64,000 nt of DNA, from IMG/VR virus record IMGVR_UViG_3300027286_000002; one strand, given 5' to 3'. The translations under genes and the position numbers were made by a program. Positions 37,569 to 48,136 of this stretch are shown here, piece after piece. The notes under the pieces were generated by a model. It ran no database searches, had not been told where the DNA came from, and was given only the letters and a program-made list of their open reading frames with translations. Origin of the DNA: a virus. Taxonomy: Duplodnaviria; Caudoviricetes. The stretch's first letter is position 1, and every line of letters begins with the position of its first letter.

Positions 37569-38936
37569 TCATCCTCCATGATTGTGATTTTCCCATACTG
37601 CTGTCCTGCCTCTTAATTCATGATTTGCAGATACACTATCTTTCTCACTCATCATTGGTATCGCTGAATCAGGCTGTGTTGAATATGGTGCATCATTTCT
37701 AGCTGAATATGTATCTCTAATTGTTTGATATGTGTATTTTGTCTTATGCCATAACACAGGCACACCATCCATAGGTACTGAATATCTAATATCTGCTGGC
37801 TCAAAATATCCCAAATTAAAATGCTGTTGTAATACATTTCCTCTTGCATTTGGTCTTCTTACCGGTCCTATTGAATACCTGTCATTATTTTGCTTAACTA
37901 TAAAATCCCTTTGAGATACAATAGGTGAGGGTCCAATATACACTTCATATGAATGCTCTTTTTTCCTACCTTGAGTTGCTTGACTTATTCTTCTTTCTGC
38001 ATCATCAGGTGCAACAATAATATCATAGGGTCCATCATATCCACCTATTAATCCTGTGCCAAAGCACCTAATACATCTTGAATCAGGTTGCTTTCCATAT
38101 TCTAATGTAAACCTATTAAATGCTCCACACTCGCATGGCTGTCCTACTACTTTCTTTAAGAATAATCTTACTCGTTCACCACCTTGCTCTAATGCCCATT
38201 GATTTCTTCTCACACCTTCCCTCCACATCCAATCTACTTTCTCAATCTCAATATCACTAAATGGCTGTGTATAATCTAATGGACTTTCATGCAATGCACT
38301 TGTTAATGGATCTTCTGCCACTGTTGTTACTCTATAATATGTCTTTTTATCTATAATAGAACTAATTATGCCTTCAGGTAAATAAGATAAATAAGAACAA
38401 GTAACAACACTTGTATTCGGATCAAAGGCAAGCTGGATGTCATTCATTAAAGTAATAACATTTGTGGTTGCACCTTGTCTTAATACAATATCACCTGTTT
38501 GACCAAAGACACTAGCAGGATATGCTACTTGTCCATCTATTTTAACAACCACATCTCTATATGAAGTAGAAGGCTCAATCGCACTGCCTATTCTAGCTAT
38601 TGGTCTAGCTGTTCTAAAACGATATGAACCATCTGCATTACTGCCTTTGCTTATCCAATTTGTAATCACTTCATCATAGATCATTTCTGTGATATTTGTA
38701 TCTCTATAAAAGGTAGCAGATATAGGCTGTTGATTTATTCTTTGGTAAGGTCCCCGATCTGATGTATTTGATCTATATATATTAACACCACGAATGATCC
38801 AGCCTTCATTTTCATGAATGAAAGAAGGACTATCCCATCTTAAATCTATTGCACCTTTAAGAAAAGGTGAATTAGCTGATGTGTTTCTAGGTGGCATAGG
38901 ATAAGGTGATCTTGAATATTCCCAACCTGCTGGCAT
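37569..38936 (-). CDS. Putative head-closure/neck protein
   Basis: N-terminal FN3-like IDLRW..GVNIYRS; CEC..CIRCFGTG..GGY motif seen in large-myovirus neck proteins; inferred. Confidence 0.55.
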   Translation of the reverse strand: MPAGWEYSRSPYPMPPRNTSANSPFLKGAIDLRWDSPSFIHENEGWIIRGVNIYRSNTSDRGPYQRINQQPISATFYRDTNITEMIYDEVITNWISKGSNADGSYRFRTARPIARIGSAIEPSTSYRDVVVKIDGQVAYPASVFGQTGDIVLRQGATTNVITLMNDIQLAFDPNTSVVTCSYLSYLPEGIISSIIDKKTYYRVTTVAEDPLTSALHESPLDYTQPFSDIEIEKVDWMWREGVRRNQWALEQGGERVRLFLKKVVGQPCECGAFNRFTLEYGKQPDSRCIRCFGTGLIGGYDGPYDIIVAPDDAERRISQATQGRKKEHSYEVYIGPSPIVSQRDFIVKQNNDRYSIGPVRRPNARGNVLQQHFNLGYFEPADIRYSVPMDGVPVLWHKTKYTYQTIRDTYSARNDAPYSTQPDSAIPMMSEKDSVSANHELRGRTAVWENHNHGG

Positions 38937-38987
38937 GATATGTATCCTTTATTTAGAGCATATATAAAGGATTTAGATATAAATATT

Positions 38988-39413
38988 TTATTCGTTAGCC
39001 ATCTCAAATAAGATTTGATCTGCAAGACCATCTTCTAAGGTTTTTTGTTTTAAGACAAGCTGTCTATATAAGACATCAAAGATGTAGTGTTTATTGTAAG
39101 AGATGTCTTGTTTTCCTAATAAGTTTTTTCTTAATTCAGATAGAAAAATAAAACACCATGATTGAAATGTACTAGGTGTATCAAGATTTGACTGCATCAA
39201 ATCTGTTATTGTATAAAAGTTAAGTTCTATTGTGATCTGTGGTGGATGAAAGACACGATTTAAAAGGTATTCAAATAAATGAATTTCAGTTTGATCTAAA
39301 AACTTGCCTGCTAGAACACGATTTAATAAATGCTCAACTTTATTTTTAGTCCATATAGAAGTACTGCATATCAAAATAGATTTTGCATTATTGATAAAGG
39401 ACTGTATATCCAT
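38988..39413 (-). CDS. Hypothetical protein, diverged paralog of 39415..39852
   Basis: F.NNAK..I..T..WTK..V..L...V..G+.L shared N-terminus. Confidence 0.6.
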   Translation of the reverse strand: MDIQSFINNAKSILICSTSIWTKNKVEHLLNRVLAGKFLDQTEIHLFEYLLNRVFHPPQITIELNFYTITDLMQSNLDTPSTFQSWCFIFLSELRKNLLGKQDISYNKHYIFDVLYRQLVLKQKTLEDGLADQILFEMANE

Positions 39414-39414
39414 A

Positions 39415-39852
39415 TTAATTTATATCATCCAAAGAAACCCAAGATTCAAAATCAATACCTTCAACATCTTCATCCTGTTCTACTTTTTTAGGTTTAATTT
39501 TCAAAACTAATCTGTCATATTTGCTTTGAAAACAATCTTTTTGTTTTTCTGTTAATGCTTTGCCTGCTTTCATTTGTTTTTCTAAACTTTCTAAGAAACC
39601 TAATAACCATTCGGATTTGGTCTTTTTTCTTAAAGTTTCAAGTTTAGTAACAAATTCAGGATCAATCTCTACAGGTGCAGGTGGATTTAAGACTGCATCT
39701 AATTTTGCATTAAAAATAGTCATTTGTTTTTCAGATAATGTTCTACCTGAGTTCACTTGCTCAATAAGAGAACTTACGAAACCTTTAGTCCATTCATCTG
39801 TGGTGATCATGATTAATGCTTTTGCATTGTTTAAAAAGGCTTGGTCTGCCAT
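39415..39852 (-). CDS. Hypothetical protein with duplicated W..GF..SL..Q...G+.L(S/T)EKQ module
   Basis: Two internal copies; AGGAG SD; preceded by motif at 39888. Confidence 0.7.
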   Translation of the reverse strand: MADQAFLNNAKALIMITTDEWTKGFVSSLIEQVNSGRTLSEKQMTIFNAKLDAVLNPPAPVEIDPEFVTKLETLRKKTKSEWLLGFLESLEKQMKAGKALTEKQKDCFQSKYDRLVLKIKPKKVEQDEDVEGIDFESWVSLDDIN

Positions 39853-39887
39853 TTTTTTACTCCTATGGTTGGTTTGTTGATACTACC

Positions 39888-39920
39888 TAAACACTTGCTC
39901 TAAAGGTTTATTGCAAGTTC
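39888..39920 (-). promoter_or_regulatory. Conserved promoter-like motif copy 7
   Basis: GAACTTGCAATAA-N13-GTGTTTA-GG-TAGTAT. Confidence 0.75.
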
Positions 39921-39928
39921 ACTTATAT

Positions 39929-40069
39929 TTATTGGTGCTTTAAAAGTTTTGTCTTTAAAGCAGTCAAGGTTTTTATGCTGAGTTTGTTTTTAACTAGAAC
40001 CAATTCAACTTCCATTCGGATTTGAGAATTTTTACAAGTATATAACAAACGATATACTTCGTTTAACAT
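39929..40069 (-). CDS. Small ORF not in supplied track (46 aa, MLNEVYRLL...KLLKHQ)
   Basis: TAATG overlap with stop of 40069..40359 fills the gap exactly. Confidence 0.5.
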   Translation of the reverse strand: MLNEVYRLLYTCKNSQIRMEVELVLVKNKLSIKTLTALKTKLLKHQ

Positions 40070-40359
40070 TACCATCCCTTCTTGCTCAACAAAAATTTGA
40101 GTTTTGGTTTTACTGAATCAGGATCAGTCTGGTCAATGTAGAAAGTCCTAGACTTTGTAAAGTCACCATTTATTTGAATGACTTGCACAAGGATATAGGT
40201 TTTACCTTTTTGGATTTGTTTCATCCCATGTATGTGGATTTTGGTATTAACATCCAAGTGAATGTCAATACTGCCATTCTGCAAAATATCAGATTTGATA
40301 TCTGCATAGACAGAAGAAAGAGTAGAGATGATGGATTGATTTAAAATTTGAGTTAACAT
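40069..40359 (-). CDS. Hypothetical protein (96 aa)
   Basis: AAGGAG SD. Confidence 0.6.
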   Translation of the reverse strand: MLTQILNQSIISTLSSVYADIKSDILQNGSIDIHLDVNTKIHIHGMKQIQKGKTYILVQVIQINGDFTKSRTFYIDQTDPDSVKPKLKFLLSKKGW

Positions 40360-40370
40360 AGTAATACTCC

Positions 40371-40664
40371 TTATTTGATGTTTTTTGGTAAAAGTTTGGT
40401 GATGACTTTTTGACTATCTTCTGATTTGCAGGACTCAAATCTATCTTCGATTTGAATGCCATCTTTATCATAGATAGATAAAGTAAAGGTGCAGATTGCT
40501 TTATTTACAGGTGTTCTGTAAATAAGATTTACTCTTGTTTGGTCTTTGTGTTTACCTGTGTACTCACAAGTAAAGATATAACCATCGAAACTACACACGG
40601 ATGTGATTTCGAGGTTGCTGTATTTAGTAGAGATGATTTGGTTTAGTGTAGAAAAGTGGATCAT
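40371..40664 (-). CDS. Hypothetical protein (97 aa)
   Basis: AAAGGA SD; first gene after motif at 40698. Confidence 0.6.
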   Translation of the reverse strand: MIHFSTLNQIISTKYSNLEITSVCSFDGYIFTCEYTGKHKDQTRVNLIYRTPVNKAICTFTLSIYDKDGIQIEDRFESCKSEDSQKVITKLLPKNIK

Positions 40665-40697
40665 TTTTTTTATCCTTTGGTTTGTTGTTGTAATAGA

Positions 40698-40730
40698 TAA
40701 ACACTTAAGATTAAAACTTATTGCAAGTTC
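40698..40730 (-). promoter_or_regulatory. Conserved promoter-like motif copy 8
   Basis: GAACTTGCAATAA-N13-GTGTTTA-TC-TATTAC. Confidence 0.75.
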
Positions 40731-40796
40731 ATTAAATTTTTTATTTTAAATATAAATGTTCTTTGTAGCTAAACTTATTATGTGAAAGGCATACAG

Positions 40797-41825
40797 ATGA
40801 GTAAAGACATTCATGTTTCACACCAATGTCCACATTACATTAGGTTTGAATCCTATACTTTAGATAATATCACTGATGTTGTCACTAGATCACCTATCAA
40901 TGGTTCTAGTCTTTTTACCATCACTAAAAATAATATTACCATAAACCAAGAAGGTCTTTACTCACCTGCTGAAATTATCTTCCCTGCTAATGCTCCATAT
41001 AAAATCCTAAATCCTAACTACACTTTTGTTTATCAAAATGTATCTTATCCTGTGAAATTTGATACAGGTCTTTTATCTGCATCTCAAATCCAAAACACTC
41101 TTATTAAATACCTGCCTATGAATAAAGTAGAAGTCAATCTTGTAAACCAATCTATTCAGATAAAAGATAAATCCACAGGTCTATCTTCAAGACTAGAAAT
41201 ACAAGGTGATTTAAATAAGTTTGGATTTACTTATGAGAAATTTAAAGCACAAGGTAAACAAGTGCATACAGGCTGGAAACTTTTTAAAAGAGATGATGGC
41301 TTAGGCTATTTCATTCGCTTTAATGAAAATGTAAAAGGTAATTATCTTATTTCATACACTACAGAAAAGAATTATTGTAATCGATGTGCAAGCACAGGCA
41401 TTGAAAATGATTTAAGATTTAATGAGTATGGTGAAATTAAACAAGTGGAAAAACACGATCTACTTTATCAGCAGGTTGCCAAAGTTTGCCTTACTAAAAT
41501 TAATACTAATCCTCAACACTCTTGGTATGGTACTAATGCTTTTGATTTTGTAGGTGCTAAACAAGGCAACCTAGCTAAACTTAGCATTCAAGAATCTGTA
41601 AGACAAGCACTCAATCAGCATATCAATATTCAAAATCAAGTTGGTAAAATACAAAAGCTATCTTTAGAAGAACAAATTGCATCTGTTCGGAAAATTGATG
41701 TGCAACAAGTTCCTAATACTAATAATGCCTACCTTGTTGATATTGGTCTTGTTAGCAGAGCAAATACACCTGTTAATCTTAACATTGTGTTTGCAGTCCC
41801 CGGCTCTATTGACTTAACAAATTGA
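40797..41825 (+). CDS. Baseplate wedge protein with C-terminal gp25-like domain
   Basis: C-terminal L.T..NTNP.H.WYGT....VG..........I..AL pattern; CxxC; directly upstream of baseplate J-like gene. Confidence 0.6.
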   Translation: MSKDIHVSHQCPHYIRFESYTLDNITDVVTRSPINGSSLFTITKNNITINQEGLYSPAEIIFPANAPYKILNPNYTFVYQNVSYPVKFDTGLLSASQIQNTLIKYLPMNKVEVNLVNQSIQIKDKSTGLSSRLEIQGDLNKFGFTYEKFKAQGKQVHTGWKLFKRDDGLGYFIRFNENVKGNYLISYTTEKNYCNRCASTGIENDLRFNEYGEIKQVEKHDLLYQQVAKVCLTKINTNPQHSWYGTNAFDFVGAKQGNLAKLSIQESVRQALNQHINIQNQVGKIQKLSLEEQIASVRKIDVQQVPNTNNAYLVDIGLVSRANTPVNLNIVFAVPGSIDLTN

Positions 41826-41838
41826 AAGATAAAATAAA

Positions 41839-44800
41839 ATGATACAAATTATTTCACCTAGTGGTTCTTTACTAGATAGTCCTGCTAACTATTCCACTAC
41901 TCAAAAAGCTATCTTTATTAAAGGTATTACTGATGATCCAAGCAATCTTAGTATCACTATTGAAAACCAAACCTATACAGGCATGGATATTTTCTTTGAT
42001 GGTAATTACTTTACCTTTCCTAATCCTGCTCTTAGTCCTGATGGTCTTATTCTCTATAATGGTAATAACAATCTTATTCTTAATCTTTCTACTACTGAAA
42101 CCTTTTATCTTAATGTTATCCAACCTATCGTCAATCTCTACCAACCACCTGCTCAACCACAAGGCATCTATATTGAAAGACTTGCACAAGATGTTCTTAT
42201 TAAATTCCAACATACAGACAGTGAAGTCAAATATTATAACTTGTATGCTAGTGTTTCTTCAGGTGGTGGCATCAATGGTTATCAAAAAATTAACTTTGAA
42301 CCTTTAGATCCTATTAGCTATGGCATAGGTAAAGAAGTTTTAACTACCATTGCAGATGAAACCTTTAATGCAAATACTCAAACTGCTGATCCTTTATATG
42401 CTAAATTAAATTTCATCCAAACTGATGGTTCTACTAATTTAGCCAGCGATGTCATTTTTAATAGTGAAGTCAGTGAAGCTATTAAACGATTGAGATTGAC
42501 TGCTACTTTATCTGCTATTGATATCCAAACTGAAATCGTCTTTAAACATAATAGACAAGCTACTCAAAATTCTACACCACCTACTATTCAATTTGGTGCT
42601 TTCGCTTCTCTTTCTAATGAAAATGTTCTTTACTATGTTGCCACTGCTGTTAAAGTTGTTAATGGTACTGAAATTGAAAGTGCATATTCTTTAGAAGTAG
42701 TAGGCAAGCCTGTCAATATTAATCAATCTAATGTTTCTTTACCTGTAGTCAATCGTCAAACCTTAACTACAGAAATGATTACTACCATCCATAAATTACA
42801 ACCTGATGCTTTAGTGAACCCGGGCTCTGTTACTAGAGATGTCATTATTGATCCTTTTGTTAATGAAATGGAAAGAACTAGATTCTTATTAGACTTTACC
42901 TACCGTGCTATGTCTTTTACTACTTTACTCACTATTGATGATCCTAGAAACACAGGTAAAAGTATTGCAGTCAGTAATTCAAATTATAAAACTGCTCTTG
43001 GACAAGCTCTTTTCTTTAGTGAACAAAATAGAGTACAAGCAGTTATTGATTCAGCCTTTGATAAACTTGCATATAACTTTGGCATTAAAAGAAGATTAGG
43101 TAGTCGTGCAATTGGTGAAGTAGTTTTCTTTGTTAAGACTGCTCCTACTAGAACTATCAATATTCCTTCATACACTACGATTTATGCAGGCAGTATTCCT
43201 TTTCAAACTACACAATTCGCTAGAATTTCAATAGATACATTATCTTCTTTTTATGATCCTGTTAAAGATAGATATGCAGTTTATGTACCTGTGCAAGCAT
43301 TAAATATAGGTATTGCAGGCAATGTCACTAGCAACCAAATCAGAAACTCTTCTATTAATGGTCTTTCTGTGAATAATGAAAATCCTACCTTTGGTGGATC
43401 AGAAGTAGAATCAAATTTAGATTTAAGTTCAAGAGCAATTAATACTCTTGCTAGTGTAGATACAGGTACTAAATCAGGTATTGAAAGAATAGCTAGTGCA
43501 ACTGCTGGTGTTACTGAAGTTTTTGTCGCAGGTGCTGAATCACCTTATCAATTTAGAGGTGATGGCAAAGTTGATGTGTGGATTCGTGGTGTGTCTTTAG
43601 CTACTGCTACTGATTTATATGCTCCAAATTTCCAAACACATAAAGATAGTCTTTTCATTCCTATTGCTGAAGGCATCTATCAATTTAAATTAGGTGATCT
43701 CAATTTGTCTTTATATAAAATGATAGATAACCAAACATTAGGATATGGTTTAAAAAATGCCACAACAGGTGAATGGTTTGATCTCACTAACCATACTATA
43801 ACAAATGACAATATTGTTATTTTAGATACTAGCTTAACACAGCCTGATTACAATATCACAGATGTTATCATAGGTGATTGGCAAGAAAATATTAGTGAAA
43901 TCATTTATCTCACTAGACAGCCTGTTGAAAGCATCTCTACTTTAATAGATGAAAATAATGTAGAATATGCACAAGGTACTGATTATCTTTTTAAGAAAAC
44001 ACAAGATCCTTTACTTGAAGGATATTCCACCAAAGCTAAAGATAATATCTTAATCAATAATGGTGCTATCACTTCTGATTTCTATTCCACAAGCGAAGTG
44101 TTTAGCTTTATTGGTTTTTATCCATATCAATTGACTAAAAAAGGTGTAGATGCTTTAAGCATCCAGCTTAGACTTGATTCGAGTGGTGATGGTGAAACAG
44201 GCTATACTTTCTATAATTCATCTTATGTTGCTAATCCTGATTTCATTATTGAAACTACAGATGAAGGATATACTACTTTAACTAGAACATCTAATTCTGA
44301 CATCCCTGAAAATGTCACAGTCAAAGTCAATTATAGCTATCTCTTAAATCTTGAAGTCACTTATTCATATAATCAAGTACTGCAAAATGTTCAATCTCAA
44401 ATTAATAACTCAAAACATTTGACTGCTGATATACTTGTTAAACAGTGCATTCCCTGTCCTATAGATGTAAAAGCAAATATTGTTATCCGAAAAGGCTATC
44501 AAGTTAGCCAAATCGATCTTGCTATTAGAAACAATGTACAAAATTATATTTCTTATCTTAATCTAGGTGCTAACCTAAGAGTGAGTGATATTGTAAGAGT
44601 GCTGGATAATGCAGATGGTGTTGCTTTTATTGACTTGCCTTTAACACAGCTTTCTTTTTCAGTAAATACTCTTGTCATTAGAGAAGAAATCATACCTAAT
44701 AACTCATACACTCAAATTGTATCTTTAACTACAGGTGTTGCAGTCGCATGGCTTATTGATGTAAACCTAGCACAACCTGCATCTACAGATGGTGGTGAAA

Positions 44801-45108
44801 TAGGTCGTGTTTATGGCAATGGTTTAGAATTTAATCTAGTTTCCCAATCACTGATCACTACTTTGGGGAATAAACCAAATAGTGTTTGCATTATAGGCAA
44901 TACTGATCTTGTAATAGGTGGCAATCCTATTACAAACAGTAAAAATAAAATCCTTGTTGCTTTGCCTATTGGTAAATCACCAAGTGATTACACCTTTCAT
45001 GTAAATTACCAAACAGCAGATGGCTCAGGCTTTGTTAATAACTTATCCTTAAATCCATTCTCTTATTTCACTGTTGGCAACTTAAACTTCACTTACAGAG
45101 CAGAGTAA
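41839..45108 (+). CDS. Baseplate J-like wedge protein, extended (1089 aa)
   Basis: DKLAYNFGIKRR.G.RA.GEV.F, V.A...G..GNV....I, GG.E.ES..DL..R, V..VFV, G.VDVWI. Confidence 0.8.
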   Translation: MIQIISPSGSLLDSPANYSTTQKAIFIKGITDDPSNLSITIENQTYTGMDIFFDGNYFTFPNPALSPDGLILYNGNNNLILNLSTTETFYLNVIQPIVNLYQPPAQPQGIYIERLAQDVLIKFQHTDSEVKYYNLYASVSSGGGINGYQKINFEPLDPISYGIGKEVLTTIADETFNANTQTADPLYAKLNFIQTDGSTNLASDVIFNSEVSEAIKRLRLTATLSAIDIQTEIVFKHNRQATQNSTPPTIQFGAFASLSNENVLYYVATAVKVVNGTEIESAYSLEVVGKPVNINQSNVSLPVVNRQTLTTEMITTIHKLQPDALVNPGSVTRDVIIDPFVNEMERTRFLLDFTYRAMSFTTLLTIDDPRNTGKSIAVSNSNYKTALGQALFFSEQNRVQAVIDSAFDKLAYNFGIKRRLGSRAIGEVVFFVKTAPTRTINIPSYTTIYAGSIPFQTTQFARISIDTLSSFYDPVKDRYAVYVPVQALNIGIAGNVTSNQIRNSSINGLSVNNENPTFGGSEVESNLDLSSRAINTLASVDTGTKSGIERIASATAGVTEVFVAGAESPYQFRGDGKVDVWIRGVSLATATDLYAPNFQTHKDSLFIPIAEGIYQFKLGDLNLSLYKMIDNQTLGYGLKNATTGEWFDLTNHTITNDNIVILDTSLTQPDYNITDVIIGDWQENISEIIYLTRQPVESISTLIDENNVEYAQGTDYLFKKTQDPLLEGYSTKAKDNILINNGAITSDFYSTSEVFSFIGFYPYQLTKKGVDALSIQLRLDSSGDGETGYTFYNSSYVANPDFIIETTDEGYTTLTRTSNSDIPENVTVKVNYSYLLNLEVTYSYNQVLQNVQSQINNSKHLTADILVKQCIPCPIDVKANIVIRKGYQVSQIDLAIRNNVQNYISYLNLGANLRVSDIVRVLDNADGVAFIDLPLTQLSFSVNTLVIREEIIPNNSYTQIVSLTTGVAVAWLIDVNLAQPASTDGGEIGRVYGNGLEFNLVSQSLITTLGNKPNSVCIIGNTDLVIGGNPITNSKNKILVALPIGKSPSDYTFHVNYQTADGSGFVNNLSLNPFSYFTVGNLNFTYRAE

Positions 45109-45112
45109 AAAC

Positions 45113-47479
45113 ATGAGTGATAAAATTCCTTTTTATCCTGATTTCCCAATTGCCAATACAGATCCGATTGGCAGTAAAAGTGAAGAAAAAAAAGCATTAC
45201 AGGATTCACTTGTAGTCGCTTATGCTAATGCTCTTTCAGGTTCTTTAGCATCTAACTACCTTTCCGAATATGGTAGCAATAATAGAATTTTATATGAAGG
45301 TCTAGGTAAAACTCTTTCTAGTCTTTTATTAGATTGCTTAGACCTTGTAAATGAAGTGGACTACTCTCAAATTAGACCTGAGTTTTTTAATGATAGACTT
45401 TATGGACTACTTTTTCCTAAATCTGTAGATAGACCTTCTTTTAATAATGAAACAGAATTGAGATATACGATTTTAAATCTTATCCAAGCATTATTACAAG
45501 GTAGCACAGGTAAAGCTATTTTATATCTTCTTAATAAAGTTCAAGCGAATAGTCTTGTTGAGATTTCAGAAATAGGTGATTTTTTAATTGACTGTCTTAT
45601 CTCATCTTATGCTTTGACAACAGAAGTGAATGGACATAAACATTATGTATATGCACCTATTTTAGGTTTAGGTAAAACATCTGCACCTATAGGATATAAA
45701 TGGGGTGATGATCTACACCAACATGATGTTTTAGATGGCATCGTTCAAACTGCTAGTGGACATACACATGAAGTCTTATATGGTTTTCAACAGGATGTGA
45801 TTACACTACAGGATAATTTATATAAGCTACTCTTAAAAACTAAACCTGCTCATGTCAATATAGGTAATAGACCAAGTACTTTATTTAAAGAAGTTATTAA
45901 TAAACCTACCTTTGATTTTTCTTTGACTGCTGGTTTAATGTTTCAAGAGGATTTAAGAAAGACAGATCAAGGCATTTATTTATCTAGTGTTTATGGATAT
46001 ACTCTTACAAACTCTAAATTCCTAAGAGTGTATGATAGTGGTTTTAGGATAAATGATCGTATCCGTGTAAATAATCAAGAGAGAAAGATTGTTGCCATTA
46101 ATACTGTTTTGGCAGATGATGCACCTAGTGTTTCTTATTCTGTACCAAGACTTAACTTAACAGGCACAGGTTCTATTGTAAACCATTGCTTAATTGCATC
46201 TATGTTAGTTATGCAAGAAGGTGAATTAGTCTTAATAGGTGCATCTGCTTATTTCATCTTAAAAGTAAATCCTTATACATATAAATTATCTGCACAGGTT
46301 TTCACTTTGGATAGACCTTTGACTGCTACCACAGCTAACTTATATCTATTAGAAAATCTACAATCTTCTTTTAAGACAAGACCATTGAGATATAAAACAT
46401 ATAGTCAAACTTTCCCTGTCTTAACAAGTCAATTTACTTTACCTTTTTCTACACCATATACAATTTATGGTATGCCTATCCTACCAAGTGATTTTACTAG
46501 CAGTGTAGAAATTACAGAATACAATCCATTTACTCGTGTTATTTCTTTAAGTACATCCACTACTGAAATTGAAATCACTTATCCTTATGATGAAACAGAT
46601 CAAGTATGTTTCACTGCTTTAAATGATACTAGCTTTGTGCTTAATTCATATAGACCTAGAAACCAAAGACCAACAACAAATCTTTTGCCTGCGAATAGAA
46701 TTGAAAAAAGAAATGCACAGGTCTTATTTCACCATAAGAATACATATCCATTAGTAAAAGAATGGGTAAGATCATTTTATGCACATAGTAATACAGATAC
46801 TCTTAATAACTCATCTTTGCTTTTAAATTCTAAAAATAAATTAAACAGACACAATGTTATTAATGCTGTGCATAGAGTATTAGCACCTGCTAGTGCAAGT
46901 GTATCTGTCTTAGATGGTAAAGTGATTTTACCTTTTCATGTGAAACGAATGATATCTGTTAAGCAAGGATTGACAAATATCACTGCATATAAAGTAAATG
47001 GCAATGCAATTACTTTTAATGGCATAGCAGATGGCATAGTGATAGATGTTGTATGCTTAACAAATCGTTCAGTTAGTCAAAGTGGTGATTGGTTTAGACC
47101 TGATGATTTAAATGAAGGCATGATACCATTTAAGAATATTGTTAAGCAGGTTGCTTTTAATGTGGATGAATTTATGGCAAATCCATTAGGCAATGCAAAT
47201 CCACCTGAAAAGCCTAGACAAACTAAAATTAAAGATACAGTAACAGACAATAGTGGTTTAGCTAGTGAGTTTAGTTTTTTTAAAGATGAGTGGATAGGCT
47301 TAGAGCAAACCTTTGTTTTTGAGGATGTTTGTCCTGTGTTTAAGAGCAGTGGTGTAAATAATGCACCTTTCTTATTAAATAATGGCATCTTAAATCTTGA
47401 GCAATATGTATTAAATAATAACACTCAAGTTATATATGATGGTACTGCAAGTGTTGAAATAATACTCATATCGCTTTAA
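45113..47479 (+). CDS. Baseplate wedge partner (P2 gpI/Mu gp48-like position)
   Basis: Follows J-like gene; LL..TKPAHV motif typical of this class. Confidence 0.55.
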   Translation: MSDKIPFYPDFPIANTDPIGSKSEEKKALQDSLVVAYANALSGSLASNYLSEYGSNNRILYEGLGKTLSSLLLDCLDLVNEVDYSQIRPEFFNDRLYGLLFPKSVDRPSFNNETELRYTILNLIQALLQGSTGKAILYLLNKVQANSLVEISEIGDFLIDCLISSYALTTEVNGHKHYVYAPILGLGKTSAPIGYKWGDDLHQHDVLDGIVQTASGHTHEVLYGFQQDVITLQDNLYKLLLKTKPAHVNIGNRPSTLFKEVINKPTFDFSLTAGLMFQEDLRKTDQGIYLSSVYGYTLTNSKFLRVYDSGFRINDRIRVNNQERKIVAINTVLADDAPSVSYSVPRLNLTGTGSIVNHCLIASMLVMQEGELVLIGASAYFILKVNPYTYKLSAQVFTLDRPLTATTANLYLLENLQSSFKTRPLRYKTYSQTFPVLTSQFTLPFSTPYTIYGMPILPSDFTSSVEITEYNPFTRVISLSTSTTEIEITYPYDETDQVCFTALNDTSFVLNSYRPRNQRPTTNLLPANRIEKRNAQVLFHHKNTYPLVKEWVRSFYAHSNTDTLNNSSLLLNSKNKLNRHNVINAVHRVLAPASASVSVLDGKVILPFHVKRMISVKQGLTNITAYKVNGNAITFNGIADGIVIDVVCLTNRSVSQSGDWFRPDDLNEGMIPFKNIVKQVAFNVDEFMANPLGNANPPEKPRQTKIKDTVTDNSGLASEFSFFKDEWIGLEQTFVFEDVCPVFKSSGVNNAPFLLNNGILNLEQYVLNNNTQVIYDGTASVEIILISL

Positions 47480-47496
47480 AGGATAGATAAGAAAAA

Positions 47497-48120
47497 ATGA
47501 TTAGTGAAAATATTAAAAGACCACAAAGTTCAGTAGCTTTTGGATTTGGATTTAATGAAACTACATACCGTGTAAAAGGTGAAGTGTTTATTAAGCTGGA
47601 TGATCAAGAGATTAAAGTAAATAATGTTTACACTTTAGATGGTAGCTTGCTTGCATCTATTCTCTTTTCAGGATTATATCCAACACGATCACCTATTACA
47701 ATGTTAGCAGTAGGTACAGGTGCAACAGGTACAAGTTTAGTACCTAGTGTTGCAGATCAAAGACAAAGAAGATTAAATACTGAAATTGCTCGTAAAGAAT
47801 TTGCATCTGTCTTATTTAGAAATCCTACAACATTTGCAGTCAGTACAATTCCTACGAATGTTGTAGATTTCACAACTGTTTATAATGAGGGTGAAGCAGT
47901 AGGTGCTTTAAATGAAATGGGATTGGTTAGTCCTTATGATGCAAGTCCTTTATCTAATTATCCTTTATTAGATGGTAATGGTGATCCTGTTAGTTTTCCT
48001 GATTATGATACTACTTTAGATGTTACGAATTATGACATTCTGATTAACTATTTGACTTTCCCTGTGATCAATAAGCCATCTAATTCTGTTTTAGCAATTA
48101 CTTGGCGATTGACTTTTTAA
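47497..48120 (+). CDS. Baseplate/tail-fibre attachment protein
   Basis: MLAVGTG..L.TEIARK..TT...E.VG.LNEMGL..FPVINKP..L.ITW.LTF. Confidence 0.6.
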   Translation: MISENIKRPQSSVAFGFGFNETTYRVKGEVFIKLDDQEIKVNNVYTLDGSLLASILFSGLYPTRSPITMLAVGTGATGTSLVPSVADQRQRRLNTEIARKEFASVLFRNPTTFAVSTIPTNVVDFTTVYNEGEAVGALNEMGLVSPYDASPLSNYPLLDGNGDPVSFPDYDTTLDVTNYDILINYLTFPVINKPSNSVLAITWRLTF

Positions 48121-48136
48121 AAGGTAGATAAGTAAA

